DNA from: a virus
Lineage: Duplodnaviria; Heunggongvirae; Uroviricota; Caudoviricetes
DNA: 42,120 bases
Virus record (IMG/VR): IMGVR_UViG_2534681763_000019
Direction: 5' to 3' (one strand)
In this document: positions 9,418-19,065 of the stretch, in pieces
Layout of the letters: every line of letters begins with the position of its first letter
How positions within the stretch are numbered: position 1 is the first letter of the stretch
Translations under genes and position numbers: made by a program
The notes under the pieces: model-generated
What the model saw: only the letters and a program-made list of their open reading frames with translations
Database searches by the model: none
What the model was told of the DNA's origin: nothing

Positions 9418-11114
9418 CCACCGTTATCTCCGGTGATGCTCAGAGTAAAGCCAGTTGCAGTAATAGCTGTAATGGCGACACCCTCAACACTCCCACCGTG
9501 TGACGAACGGAAAACGGGGATCACGTACCAGCACTGACGGGCAAATGGTGTCGGAAAATTCACCTGATACTCTTTATTCACCACACCAGTTGCCCCGGAA
9601 AAATAACTGTTAAAAAACTGCTTCAGCACACCGCCAGTTATTCGGTGATGATTGCTGCCAAATGAAAATTCATCTTCACAAACACCCCGACGCCATAGTG
9701 TTGTATTGTCTTTAACCGTATCAGAGCCGCTGAAACGGTGATACATTTCCCCTGCTCCGGTGATGAAAATCTGCGCGCGTCTGTTCTTGTTATACGCAGC
9801 CTGAAAACCTGCACCATTCGATGGCACTTCATCTGCATTACCTGAATATGCAAGAAACTGTGAAACCTCACCCATTTCGTAGTTATTATTGCTACCGATT
9901 CCGTATGCTCCCTGTTGCAGAGCACTTTCAGCCTTATCAACCGTCGGTTTAAGTCCCAGATTCTGAATAAACAAAGTCGGGTCAGGAATATCAGCACCAT
10001 TGCGGTCCTTTGCCAGTCTCGCGCTGGCGTTGTCCATCGCAATTTTTACCGCTTTCAATGTCGCCGCAACATTTTCTGACACGCTGTTTACCTCGTTCCC
10101 CAGTTGCACCATTCCTTTAACACTCACTGATGCTTCTGGATAATGTGCACTGGTGAACACCTGATTCCACGGTGTTTCATCATCGGCAATTTTCGATAAC
10201 ATGCTGAATCGACAGTACATCTTGCCATCATTAGCGACATAAATTTGTGCACGTCGATTGTCGTTGTAACAGGCCTGGAAACCAGCACCATGTGTTGGCA
10301 CTTCTGGATAGCCGACAGCTGTACCATAAGCAAAAAATTGCGATTTGGTTCCCATGGTTTTCAGATAAGCCAGGCCAATTCCATAATCTCCTGGCTGAAT
10401 CGCTGATGCAGCTTTATCAACAGTCGTTTTCAATCCCAGATTCTGAACAAACAGTGCCGGATTGGGAATATCAGAACCATTGCGGTCTTTTGCCAGTCTG
10501 GCGCTGGCATTATCCATCGCTATTTTCACTGCTTTTGGCGTTGCAGCGACTGTTTCATCATTGCTTTCCACACCGCTATACAGACGTACAAATCCCTTTT
10601 CTGTCAAAGACGCAGAAGGATGGCGGCGCGATTGCTCATGAATTTCTATTTGTTGATCTACATAATGACGGGTTGCCAGCACGACAGCAGGGTCGATTTT
10701 CAGGGTGATATTGTCCGTGCTGCTGGTAATCAGCACCATGCGCACGGTCTGGGTGCGCCCGCTGCCTTCAGCCAGTTGCGGCTTATAGCTTTCCGGGCAG
10801 TTGCCCACGGCAATCAATGCCCCGGACTCATCAAACAAGCCCACTTCACGTATCCACCAACCGCCCTCGTTTTCAGGGATCACCTGTTCGGCAATAATCT
10901 GACTGCTGTTCTGCGGGTCGATATAGAGCATATTCAGCGCAGCCCGGCGTTTCTCATTTACCAGTGCAGTCTGCTTTGAGTCTGGCGTTGGCAATACTCC
11001 GCCGCCATCGCCGACCGCCATATGGGTAATTTTTAGCGGCACACCGAGCGCGGCGGCGCTGGCAAGTTTCGCCGCGCCAATATCCGTCAGCAGGGTATAA
11101 AATTTTGTGCTCAT
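9384..11114 (-). CDS. H: Tail fiber protein
   Basis: 576-aa ORF downstream of baseplate gene I; conserved N-terminus, then two tandem ~118-aa repeats and a divergent C-terminus. Confidence 0.85.
   Translation of the reverse strand: MSTKFYTLLTDIGAAKLASAAALGVPLKITHMAVGDGGGVLPTPDSKQTALVNEKRRAALNMLYIDPQNSSQIIAEQVIPENEGGWWIREVGLFDESGALIAVGNCPESYKPQLAEGSGRTQTVRMVLITSSTDNITLKIDPAVVLATRHYVDQQIEIHEQSRRHPSASLTEKGFVRLYSGVESNDETVAATPKAVKIAMDNASARLAKDRNGSDIPNPALFVQNLGLKTTVDKAASAIQPGDYGIGLAYLKTMGTKSQFFAYGTAVGYPEVPTHGAGFQACYNDNRRAQIYVANDGKMYCRFSMLSKIADDETPWNQVFTSAHYPEASVSVKGMVQLGNEVNSVSENVAATLKAVKIAMDNASARLAKDRNGADIPDPTLFIQNLGLKPTVDKAESALQQGAYGIGSNNNYEMGEVSQFLAYSGNADEVPSNGAGFQAAYNKNRRAQIFITGAGEMYHRFSGSDTVKDNTTLWRRGVCEDEFSFGSNHHRITGGVLKQFFNSYFSGATGVVNKEYQVNFPTPFARQCWYVIPVFRSSHGGSVEGVAITAITATGFTLSITGDNGGWNIGFIAEGV
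9729..10079. repeat. Tail fiber internal repeat, copy 2
   Basis: Encodes residues ~346-462 (VAATLKAVKIAMDNASARLAKDRNGADIPDPTLFIQNLGLK...NRRAQIFI...RFS); offset 480 nt from copy 1. Confidence 0.7.
10203..10559. repeat. Tail fiber internal repeat, copy 1
   Basis: Encodes residues ~186-304 (VAATPKAVKIAMDNASARLAKDRNGSDIPNPALFVQNLGLK...NRRAQIYV...RFS); DNA is roughly 75-80% identical to copy 2 by eye. Confidence 0.7.
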
Positions 11115-11716
11115 GGATTCACTCTCATTGTGTCAATAACATGGACCGCCCCGCCTTCATGCGCGGTGCCGCCAGAAATAATTGTTTCGTTGATATACGG
11201 ATAGATCGTGATTTCTTCGCCAAGATAGCTGGCGGCTCCCACCCAATGCGGGCCGCTGGTCTGCAGGTTGATGGACATGCCGATCATGTGACGGCTGCAT
11301 GGTTTGGCATCGCTTATCAGTCGCTCAAGTTCCAGATAGGTATCTTCAGTGATGCCCTGGTCCTGCACGCCGATATCCAGACGAAACGTGCCCGGTGTCT
11401 CTCCGGTCTGCCACCACTCAATAATGCGGATCAGAAAGCCGAACGGCTCCACCACCCGCCGCACGGCACTGGTGGTCCCTTTATGCTGATGAATATAAAA
11501 AGCATCCTTCACCACCTGGCGCTTGACACTTTCTGTCCAGTCCTCGTCCCAGCGATCCACAGAGAACGCCCAGGCGAGATAAGGCAGGAAACTGACCGGA
11601 CAGGTCGCCGGATTCCACAAGTCACGAAGCGGCACCTGCAGATCAGAAATCCCGCTGCAGGTTTGCGCCAGTCGGCGCTCCAGTGGTGTTGAACCCGGTG
11701 GCAGCAGACTATTCAT
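11111..11716 (-). CDS. I: Baseplate/tail fiber attachment protein I
   Basis: 201-aa ORF between J and H; P2 gpI position. Confidence 0.8.
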   Translation of the reverse strand: MNSLLPPGSTPLERRLAQTCSGISDLQVPLRDLWNPATCPVSFLPYLAWAFSVDRWDEDWTESVKRQVVKDAFYIHQHKGTTSAVRRVVEPFGFLIRIIEWWQTGETPGTFRLDIGVQDQGITEDTYLELERLISDAKPCSRHMIGMSINLQTSGPHWVGAASYLGEEITIYPYINETIISGGTAHEGGAVHVIDTMRVNP

Positions 11717-12656
11717 CCGTTCCTCCGTTGGTTACGCTCCACTGCGTACATGATGCCGCCTGTGTTTTGTTCAGGACCACATCCGCCAGAGGAGAAGCCA
11801 GCTCTACACGCTGCACTCCCTCAACATGAAGGGCGGCAAAGATGGCGCTACGGCGAATATCCCGACCAAGACGCGTCTGACTGGCGATGTACTTCTGCAG
11901 GCTGGCTTTTGCCGCTGCCATTACCGGCTCTGCTTCCGGTCCCGGATAGAGAAAAATAGTGGCTTCCACGCGGTACGGGATGATTTCTGCGCTGCGAACC
12001 GTCAGACGGTCAGCCACCGGGCGGACGTTCTCACTGTTCAGGGCTTTCTCCACCACATCCAGCAGGTCTTTTTCTGCAGTTCCATCGCCTTCGCGGCTAA
12101 GGACAGTCAGCACCACCTCTGCAGGTGCCGGGCTGGTTGCACTGGCATCCGCCACCCGACCGTCGGCGCTTCGGGCATGAAATTCATAAGCTGCAGTTGG
12201 CCCCGCAACAGAAAGCCCTTCAAAGGCTGCAGGCACACGCAGGCGTAACGCTTCATCGCTTTCCATCACAGCCGCAACGGGTGGCACTGCGTCATTATCA
12301 GCAGGCGTCACCGTCAGGCGTTTCACGTTGTAGTTGGCAGCGAGCTGGTCAAGATCGCCGCCCATCGCGTAAGCCACCATCACAGCATGCGCGGCTTCGT
12401 TAATGCGCTGGCGCAGAAGCAACTCACGGTAAGCGTTCTCCTGAAGCAATTTGGTGACGGGTTCAGATTCCAGTTCCAGCGTGCGGATCACTGCTTCCTG
12501 CTCATCTTTCGGATGAAGCGCAACAAATTCGGCCTTGCGTTCGGCAAGCAGCGTCTCAAAGTCCGGCACATCCACAATCTGCGGCGCAGGCAACTGCGAA
12601 AGGTCAATCACTGCCATTCTCTGCTCCTGTTGATACGGAAAGGGAAACAGGTACAC
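11709..12656 (-). CDS. J: Baseplate assembly protein J
   Basis: 315-aa ORF in the W-J-I order. Confidence 0.8.
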   Translation of the reverse strand: MYLFPFPYQQEQRMAVIDLSQLPAPQIVDVPDFETLLAERKAEFVALHPKDEQEAVIRTLELESEPVTKLLQENAYRELLLRQRINEAAHAVMVAYAMGGDLDQLAANYNVKRLTVTPADNDAVPPVAAVMESDEALRLRVPAAFEGLSVAGPTAAYEFHARSADGRVADASATSPAPAEVVLTVLSREGDGTAEKDLLDVVEKALNSENVRPVADRLTVRSAEIIPYRVEATIFLYPGPEAEPVMAAAKASLQKYIASQTRLGRDIRRSAIFAALHVEGVQRVELASPLADVVLNKTQAASCTQWSVTNGGTDE

Positions 12657-12963
12657 CGTTATTCCGCCGCCCGGTCAGCTCCACCACCATAGAACCGTCA
12701 AAGTTGCTGTTGATGGTGATGGAATCCAGCGTCAGCCGTGGCTCCCAGCGACTCAGCGCCACATACACTGCCGACATGACCTGCAGGCGTAATGCCGGAT
12801 TTTGTGGCTGATCTATTAAAACCGACAGGAGGGAACCATATTCCCGGCGGGCAATGCGGCTACCCTGCGGTGTCAGCAGAATGTCCCGCACCGACTGGCG
12901 CAGATGATCAATATCAGTAATGACTTTGCCGCTGGTATTGTTCATCCCGCTATAAAGCGTCAT
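12604..12963 (-). CDS. W: Baseplate protein W
   Basis: 119-aa ORF between V and J. Confidence 0.8.
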   Translation of the reverse strand: MTLYSGMNNTSGKVITDIDHLRQSVRDILLTPQGSRIARREYGSLLSVLIDQPQNPALRLQVMSAVYVALSRWEPRLTLDSITINSNFDGSMVVELTGRRNNGVPVSLSVSTGAENGSD

Positions 12964-13604
12964 ACCGGGCCTCCGGTTGTATCGCCGCCTTTCAGGACAC
13001 CAGTATGCTGATGCGCATCAACCACAATCCCGTTAGAACTCATCGCACCGCCGCCCTGGGTAACGCCACCATTGATCACTACTTCGCTGTTAATTCGCGT
13101 GCGGTCAGCCTCCAGCACAAACTCACTGGTTTTCATGGTGATATTGTCAGCGGCCTCAATGACCATTGATTTGATGCCCCTGACATACCAGCGCCCGGTG
13201 GCGGGTTCGTATTCAAACCAGCTACCGTCAGGATGTTCTGTCACGCAGGCGTCCGCCGACGTCGACGGTGGTGCGAACTGATTCGAATAGACAGCGGGCA
13301 GCGCAAAGGCAGTCTCCAGATTACCGCCCAGACTCAGCAGCACCACCTGCTCACCTTCCGATGGTCGCCACCATGTGCGGGCATTACCGGCACGCAGCGT
13401 CAGCCAACTGATCCAGTTAGTTTCAAGGTCGCCCGTTTTCACCCGGCAAAGCCAGTTCTCCCGGTCCACTTCGGTGACTACACCAGTGCGGATCAGATTG
13501 GTGATAAGGCGCATGATTTCGGTTAATTGTGCGTTCATGCTGACAATATTGTTTCTTAAACTGAGTGATTGCATCGAAGTGGTTTTGTATGATTGCAGGC
13601 ACAA
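12960..13604 (-). CDS. V: Baseplate spike/assembly protein V
   Basis: 214-aa ORF heading the V-W-J-I baseplate operon, coupled to W by a 4-nt overlap. Confidence 0.8.
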   Translation of the reverse strand: MCLQSYKTTSMQSLSLRNNIVSMNAQLTEIMRLITNLIRTGVVTEVDRENWLCRVKTGDLETNWISWLTLRAGNARTWWRPSEGEQVVLLSLGGNLETAFALPAVYSNQFAPPSTSADACVTEHPDGSWFEYEPATGRWYVRGIKSMVIEAADNITMKTSEFVLEADRTRINSEVVINGGVTQGGGAMSSNGIVVDAHQHTGVLKGGDTTGGPV

Positions 13605-13623
13605 GTTGTAACTAAGGAGGCGA

Positions 13624-14064
13624 TTGATGAAATCTTGGAAAAACCGAGGATTTAAAAAAAGGGTTCTTGAATATGTTTACTGTTTCTCCGCTGCTCCATT
13701 TTTAGCCATGTTCTACACGTTGTCAGAAAACCAGCTGACAATGTTTATAATTTTCTTCACTGTGAGTTTTTATCTCACTCTGATGGCATCCGTTTTTTTA
13801 ACAAAACGAGGATTTAACAAAGTATTCAAAGAATTCTTTAATTTATTATGGAACTATGAAACGGCCTTCGTTTTTTGCTATGGCCTTTATACTTATCTTT
13901 ATAGAATTGATGGGCAGAAAACTTTATCAAACCTCCTTACCATTATGTTTTCAGCTCACCCATGGACACTTATTTTCGGCATCGGACTCTTGGTTTTCAC
14001 AGTAATTTTCAGGTTTGCTCTGAGTGTTGCTGACTTGCTAGTTGAAGTTAAGTCAGATATATAA
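13624..14064 (+). CDS. AT-rich small membrane protein (moron between S and V)
   Basis: 146-aa ORF on the opposite strand to all flanking tail genes, strong RBS (taaggagg), markedly low GC, about four hydrophobic helices (FSAAPFLAMFYTL, FIIFFTVSFYLTLMASVFL, FVFCYGLYTYLY, WTLIFGIGLLVFTVIF). Confidence 0.65.
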   Translation: MMKSWKNRGFKKRVLEYVYCFSAAPFLAMFYTLSENQLTMFIIFFTVSFYLTLMASVFLTKRGFNKVFKEFFNLLWNYETAFVFCYGLYTYLYRIDGQKTLSNLLTIMFSAHPWTLIFGIGLLVFTVIFRFALSVADLLVEVKSDI

Positions 14065-14088
14065 TGAAACAATACAACCATAGAATTT

Positions 14089-14538
14089 TTAGCTATTTAC
14101 CAGCCAATCACATAATATATCCTTGGTGAAATCTAAAACATCTTTGTTGCTTCCTAACAATTTCCGCTCTGCATAACGGACCTCAGGTCCTTTGCGACTG
14201 ACGCGATCACGCAAGCCGTAATGGTGAACGCGTGCAATGCGCTGCACCTTACCTTCAAACTGTACGCTGGCAGAATCAGCGCTGGCGGCAGTTTTCAGGT
14301 ATTTTGTGGTACGAAGCTTTGTAAACATCTGGCGTTTGATGCGCCCCTTTTTACTGCGTGCTGTTACCCGTCGCGGTTCATAGCTGCTGCCGTCAGGGTT
14401 GCGCTGCATCCTGATATTCTGCTGCTGTGTCCGGCGCAGTTCCTGCGCCAGCTGACGCATCATGCGAATTCTTGCGGCTGGCTCCAGATTCGCCAGCAAG
14501 GCACTCAGCCAGTCGTCCACTTTCTGCAGTTCAGCCAC
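14089..14538 (-). CDS. S: Tail completion protein S
   Basis: 149-aa ORF downstream of R with 8-nt overlap. Confidence 0.8.
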   Translation of the reverse strand: MAELQKVDDWLSALLANLEPAARIRMMRQLAQELRRTQQQNIRMQRNPDGSSYEPRRVTARSKKGRIKRQMFTKLRTTKYLKTAASADSASVQFEGKVQRIARVHHYGLRDRVSRKGPEVRYAERKLLGSNKDVLDFTKDILCDWLVNS

Positions 14539-14983
14539 GTTTCACCGTCCACATTTCTTCAGGTTCATCGGGTTCCGTTATCGCTTCAACGCTCGACACA
14601 CTTCCGTCAGTGCTGACCAGCACACGTTCCGTCAGTTGCAGGTTCAAGCTGATATCACAGACATCGTTGCGCAGAATATCCACCTCAAAGGTGAATAGTT
14701 TTTCCCGTAACGCCGGGTTATTGATGGCATCGGGCTGGTTATCCCTCAGCCACAGCAAAACCGGGGCCATCAACAGATTCTGGTCGCCGCTGAAATCCTC
14801 AATCACCGCGTTCAGGGTGTAACGGTACTCCCACGACATGGAGCTGGCCCCCGTGGCAACCAGCGAACCGTTATCCACAAACAGATGCAGTTTGTCCGGG
14901 TTATTGCGGACATAAGGCACCGCTTTATTGAGGGCGTGGCGCAGGGATTGTGGTTTGTTCACTGTTTCGCTCCTGACAGGCAA
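14531..14983 (-). CDS. R: Tail completion protein R
   Basis: 150-aa ORF between the lysis cassette and S. Confidence 0.8.
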   Translation of the reverse strand: MPVRSETVNKPQSLRHALNKAVPYVRNNPDKLHLFVDNGSLVATGASSMSWEYRYTLNAVIEDFSGDQNLLMAPVLLWLRDNQPDAINNPALREKLFTFEVDILRNDVCDISLNLQLTERVLVSTDGSVSSVEAITEPDEPEEMWTVKRG

Positions 14984-15215
14984 TAATCATGTCCACTTTG
15001 TCTGCACAGACCGCCCAGGCGGCCTCCGTTTCATCCAGCAACGCGTTCAGATCACCGTTAGTGCGCAGCGCTGTCTGATCCAGCCGACACGGCGTCACTC
15101 GCGGACAACCACTGACGGTAAGCTGCACCTCCGGTGAGTGCCGGACGTTCCCGCAGCCGGATAATGTCAGCAGGCAAAGGAATATCAGCCCAGCGGCGTA
15201 AATCCTCGTTCTCAC
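14925..15215 (-). CDS. lysC: LysC / Rz1-like outer-membrane spanin lipoprotein (overlapping frame)
   Basis: 96-aa ORF in an alternative frame overlapping the 3' part of lysB and the 5' end of R; signal peptide with lipobox LTLSGC; Pro-rich C-terminus. Confidence 0.55.
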   Translation of the reverse strand: MRTRIYAAGLIFLCLLTLSGCGNVRHSPEVQLTVSGCPRVTPCRLDQTALRTNGDLNALLDETEAAWAVCADKVDMIIACQERNSEQTTIPAPRPQ

Positions 15216-15486
15216 GTTTCAGTTCCTCGATCCGGTGTTGTCGTTGTCTCAGCAGCGCGCTGGTCTGTTCTGATTCGGCATAGAGCCGCGCCTGCTCCCG
15301 GTTATTGGTTTCAGTCAGAATGGACAGGCTGATAAGCTGGCTGTTGCTCTTTGCCAGTGCCTGGCTTTTGCTCTGCAGCTCGTCTGCCTGCGTGCTAATG
15401 GTCTGGCTGGCATCAGCCAGCCGCCACGCCTGCCAGCCCAGCGCCGCCAGTAATAACGCCAGCACAACCAGCAGCAACCGGTTCAT
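15058..15486 (-). CDS. lysB: LysB / Rz-like inner-membrane spanin
   Basis: 142-aa ORF with N-terminal TM segment (LLLVVLALLLAALGW) followed by coiled-coil sequence; follows lysA. Confidence 0.7.
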   Translation of the reverse strand: MNRLLLVVLALLLAALGWQAWRLADASQTISTQADELQSKSQALAKSNSQLISLSILTETNNREQARLYAESEQTSALLRQRQHRIEELKRENEDLRRWADIPLPADIIRLRERPALTGGAAYRQWLSASDAVSAGSDSAAH

Positions 15487-15932
15487 GCTGCTACCTGTTG
15501 CGCCATCTGATTACGGGTGATCCAGAAGGCAATAACGGTCAGTAGATAAAAGACCAGGGTAATAGCCCACCCCGTCCAGGCGAGACTTACGACAATCAGC
15601 AATCGCATCCCCCAGCTGATAAATACGTTTTCTTTTCGGGTTATTGTCTTCAGCAAAGATGCCCTCAACTCCTGCCAGAGCGGGCCATTCTTAATTAACG
15701 CAGCCAGTGCTACCGGAATTACCGCCCATGTCAGCAGACAGGCTACCCAGACACCGGACGCTGCCAGTACCGGAAAAATCCCCTGCGGATACACCATTGC
15801 TTCGATTAACAGCCCCATCCATAACATCAGAAACAGCCCGCTGATTACTTTCTTTTTCATTTCAGTTTGCTCCCTGTAAACACCAGGCCATCTCCCGCGC
15901 ACGGCGGTTATCCAGCCCCTGATTAAACACAC
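15483..15932 (-). CDS. lysA: LysA-like membrane protein (lysis timing)
   Basis: 149-aa ORF with multiple hydrophobic helices between endolysin and lysB. Confidence 0.65.
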   Translation of the reverse strand: MCLIRGWITAVRGRWPGVYREQTEMKKKVISGLFLMLWMGLLIEAMVYPQGIFPVLAASGVWVACLLTWAVIPVALAALIKNGPLWQELRASLLKTITRKENVFISWGMRLLIVVSLAWTGWAITLVFYLLTVIAFWITRNQMAQQVAA

Positions 15933-16374
15933 CTTTCACATAAACCCAGCGCGGCAACTGTCGGCACGCATCCGCCCAGCGCCGCTGATTGAGCAATTTC
16001 ACCAGCGTGGAGCTGCAGGCATTGCCTGTCCCCACGTTGAAGGCAAACGACACCACCGAGTCATACACCTTTTGTGGCGGCTGTTGCTTCACACATCTTT
16101 CCAGCGCCCGCTCCACACGCAGCACGTTGGAGATCAGCCCTTCCGCTGCCTGTCGTTCCGTAATGGTTTTGCCTGGAATGACGCCAGATGTATTACCAAT
16201 GCCGTCGGTCCAGACACCCGCGCTGCACTGATACGGCTGCAGACGACAGCCTTCGTAATCGGCAATCAGTTTCAGCCCCTCCACGGAGGTGTGAAGCTGC
16301 TGAAAACCCGGCAGCGTGGCAGCAATAGCCAGCACGGCCCCGACAAGGCAGCGTTTAACGATTGATGGATTCAT
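15862..16374 (-). CDS. K: Endolysin (phage lysozyme)
   Basis: 170-aa ORF after the holin; translation (...LKLIADYEGCRLQPYQCSAGVWTDGIGNT...) resembles phage lysozymes. Confidence 0.8.
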   Translation of the reverse strand: MNPSIVKRCLVGAVLAIAATLPGFQQLHTSVEGLKLIADYEGCRLQPYQCSAGVWTDGIGNTSGVIPGKTITERQAAEGLISNVLRVERALERCVKQQPPQKVYDSVVSFAFNVGTGNACSSTLVKLLNQRRWADACRQLPRWVYVKGVFNQGLDNRRAREMAWCLQGAN

Positions 16375-16570
16375 AGTCCTCCCGCGAGATCTGCCCGTCG
16401 CGCAGAAGCTGGTAGGCTTTGTGTTTGTAGTACCAGTTGATAGCCAGCATCAGCACACCAATCATCAGGCCGCCCAGCGTTGAGGCATCCTTGATGGACA
16501 AATCGCCCAGCCAGGCCAGCACGACGGCGATGCAATACGTGATAAAGGCGCTGATTCGCTCAAGCGTCAT
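16355..16570 (-). CDS. Holin
   Basis: 71-aa ORF with two hydrophobic helices and a charged C-terminus, immediately upstream of the endolysin. Confidence 0.7.
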   Translation of the reverse strand: MTLERISAFITYCIAVVLAWLGDLSIKDASTLGGLMIGVLMLAINWYYKHKAYQLLRDGQISREDYESINR

Positions 16571-16573
16571 AAT

Positions 16574-16777
16574 TCAGTCCCATAGCTGGACGGTCTGCAC
16601 GGTGGTGGTGGTCGGAATGTCCGGCAGCTCCACCTGCAGCCCGTGAGGTAAAAAGGGGCCGTATTCGGCAAGCCCCGGATTTGCCTTCAGTACCTGCTCC
16701 GTGACACCCTGCGTGCGCCCGTAATGACGCCAGCAAAGTGCGTCCACCGTGTCATACTGATGCGCACGCACTTTCAT
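16574..16777 (-). CDS. X: Tail protein X
   Basis: 67-aa ORF between L and the holin; P2 gpX position and size. Confidence 0.75.
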   Translation of the reverse strand: MKVRAHQYDTVDALCWRHYGRTQGVTEQVLKANPGLAEYGPFLPHGLQVELPDIPTTTTVQTVQLWD

Positions 16778-17304
16778 CAGATAAGCTCCACTGTGCAGTG
16801 CGGCGCATCCTGCACCCGGCTGATGGCCCTGCGGGCGTCACGCCATAAATCACCGCTTGCTTCCGCCAGTTCCTCGCCCCGCTTCGCACCGGATGCCGTG
16901 GCGTCATAGTCCTGGTAACGTTCGTTGAGCATGGCGCGTGCCCAGCAGTAAACCGCGTTGAAATAGTGCTGAACGCGCTCACTTTTGCCGTCCAGCTGTT
17001 CCGCCGGAACCTCTGCCAGCGAGGCATACCCCAGCATCTGCTGGCATCTGCGAAACTCATACAGCTCTGCGTTGACCTCCGAAATTGCCGACAGCGCAAC
17101 CTGCTTTAAACGCGGCTGCGTCACCGTACCGTCAGTGCGCATCACACTGCGGAACTCCGACAGATCCACATCAGGCCAGAACGGCGTATTCCTGATGATT
17201 TCCGCCTGTTCCGGAGCCTGTTCTGGCGCAACAAACTTCATGCTGCTTTCTCCTGAGATAGAGGGCGGTGGACGGGGTTTTGATGTGGCAGTGCCTTTCG
17301 CCAC
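16777..17304 (-). CDS. L: Head completion/stabilisation protein L
   Basis: 175-aa ORF downstream of M (true start may be the internal Met MKFVAPEQ). Confidence 0.8.
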   Translation of the reverse strand: MAKGTATSKPRPPPSISGESSMKFVAPEQAPEQAEIIRNTPFWPDVDLSEFRSVMRTDGTVTQPRLKQVALSAISEVNAELYEFRRCQQMLGYASLAEVPAEQLDGKSERVQHYFNAVYCWARAMLNERYQDYDATASGAKRGEELAEASGDLWRDARRAISRVQDAPHCTVELI

Positions 17305-17336
17305 CCCGTGCCGCCCGTGCGCGGGGGCACGTTCTG

Positions 17337-17987
17337 TCAGCGGCTGTCATTGCGCAGTCTGCGCTCCAGCTGCTGTTTGTCTTTTTTCACGCCACAGCGG
17401 GGATCGAGCTGTAACGCATGGTTGAGATGATTAAGGGCGGAAGCCGGATTACTTTCACTCAGGACAGCGCCAATCGCTTTATGCAGACGCGCCCGTGACT
17501 GGTCCGGCATGTCCAGACCGTCTGTTAGCTCCAGCGTCTGCAGCAACAGATCGACATCAAAGCCGGTAGTGGCAAGCATTGCGCTCTGTGCCGCGTCTGC
17601 CATTTCCTCTGCCAGCACGGTTTGCACATTGCGGTTACCCAGCGGCATCACCCAGCCATGACGCAGGGCATGACGCCCGATCTCCAGCGCCCCGGCATAA
17701 TCTCCGGCATCAATGCGCCACAGCATCACGTACATCAGCACGTCATCCTGTTGAGCGCCTCCGGCAGCCAGAACACCCTCTGCCCAGGCGGCGTATTTCG
17801 GCAGCAGCTCCACCTTGATTTCCGCTTTTTTGACCGTGGACTGAACGCCCTTGAGACGGCGGCGATCTTCCGCCAGTTGCAGCAGCATCAGGTCATAGCC
17901 CGACGCGTGGCGAACGCTGCCGCCCTCACGGGCGGCCTGTTCAGCCTGAACGCGCAGGCGATGCTGCCGTGCGGGACTCAGGCTCAT
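17337..17987 (-). CDS. M: Terminase endonuclease (small) subunit M
   Basis: 216-aa ORF downstream of the capsid gene, in the O-N-M-L order. Confidence 0.8.
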   Translation of the reverse strand: MSLSPARQHRLRVQAEQAAREGGSVRHASGYDLMLLQLAEDRRRLKGVQSTVKKAEIKVELLPKYAAWAEGVLAAGGAQQDDVLMYVMLWRIDAGDYAGALEIGRHALRHGWVMPLGNRNVQTVLAEEMADAAQSAMLATTGFDVDLLLQTLELTDGLDMPDQSRARLHKAIGAVLSESNPASALNHLNHALQLDPRCGVKKDKQQLERRLRNDSR

Positions 17988-17990
17988 GAA

Positions 17991-19049
17991 TTACGCTCCG
18001 GTTTCTGCTGCGGCGGCGCTAAAATCGCCAATCTGGATGTTTTCCACCAGTGCAGCGCAGCGGTAGTCCTCAACCACATAGGCTTCGTTAACGGATTCAA
18101 AGTTTTCAATCCGGTCACGTTTCGGGTTGTCGATAACTGAACGGCGGCGGGTGTCTTCCTGCCAGTAGATGGACAGGTTATCCAGACGGGTGATCAGCAG
18201 TGCATTCGGCGGGAAGAACGGCGCACGCACGGCCTGCAGGCCACCCATGCGTTTCTGACTGATGATCATATCGGCAGCCAGTTTTTCACTGTTTTCCTGC
18301 TCTTTGTTGACCAGCGGGAAATACTTGTCAGACAGCAGTTCACGACCGCAAATCACCACCAGATCGTCATCGTCCTGGTAGACCACGTCGATAAGCTCAT
18401 TGACGGCATCCATCACCACAGCGTCCAGGTTGGCATATTCGCCACCTTTACCGACTTTCACCGCGCCCGGTGTGGTTTCACCGCCCGTGGTGGTGCTGCC
18501 CATGACGTGATCCGGTGCATCCTCACGGATTTTCTGCAGCCAGCCTTTGTTCACATCCTGCAGCAGCGGGTTTTCGCTACGGTTGGAGGTTTTCGCACGC
18601 TTCACGCCGTTAAAGCCGATCATGATGCGGTCCAGTGCCTGACGTTTCACGATGGCGTTACGGATACGCACCTGGAAATCCTGAAACTTCGCCCACAGGT
18701 CCAGCTTCGCGTAGGTCAGCACCGTGTCAAAGTTGGTCTGTTCGCATTTGTATTCCACATCGACCATCAGCGTCGGATCGACAGGTTCTCGCTCTTTCGC
18801 GGTGGTATCAGTGGTTCCGGCAATGGTGCTGCCAACACCCAGCCCCAGCAACTGACCAGACTGCTCAGTCACTGGCGTGACGTTAATCAGCGTCAGGAAA
18901 GAGGCGGACTGCTGGATCTGGTCTTCCAGCGTCTGCTGCACGGACGGCTCTACGGTGAACTTGCTGGACAGTTCTTCAACTGCCACACCGTTCAGACGCG
19001 CCAGCTGCTGCAGGTAAGCGTTAAAAGCAAAGCGGGTATTCTTCTTCAT
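17991..19049 (-). CDS. N: Major capsid protein N
   Basis: 352-aa ORF following the scaffold gene. Confidence 0.85.
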   Translation of the reverse strand: MKKNTRFAFNAYLQQLARLNGVAVEELSSKFTVEPSVQQTLEDQIQQSASFLTLINVTPVTEQSGQLLGLGVGSTIAGTTDTTAKEREPVDPTLMVDVEYKCEQTNFDTVLTYAKLDLWAKFQDFQVRIRNAIVKRQALDRIMIGFNGVKRAKTSNRSENPLLQDVNKGWLQKIREDAPDHVMGSTTTGGETTPGAVKVGKGGEYANLDAVVMDAVNELIDVVYQDDDDLVVICGRELLSDKYFPLVNKEQENSEKLAADMIISQKRMGGLQAVRAPFFPPNALLITRLDNLSIYWQEDTRRRSVIDNPKRDRIENFESVNEAYVVEDYRCAALVENIQIGDFSAAAAETGA

Positions 19050-19065
19050 CGGGTTTTGTGCTCCG

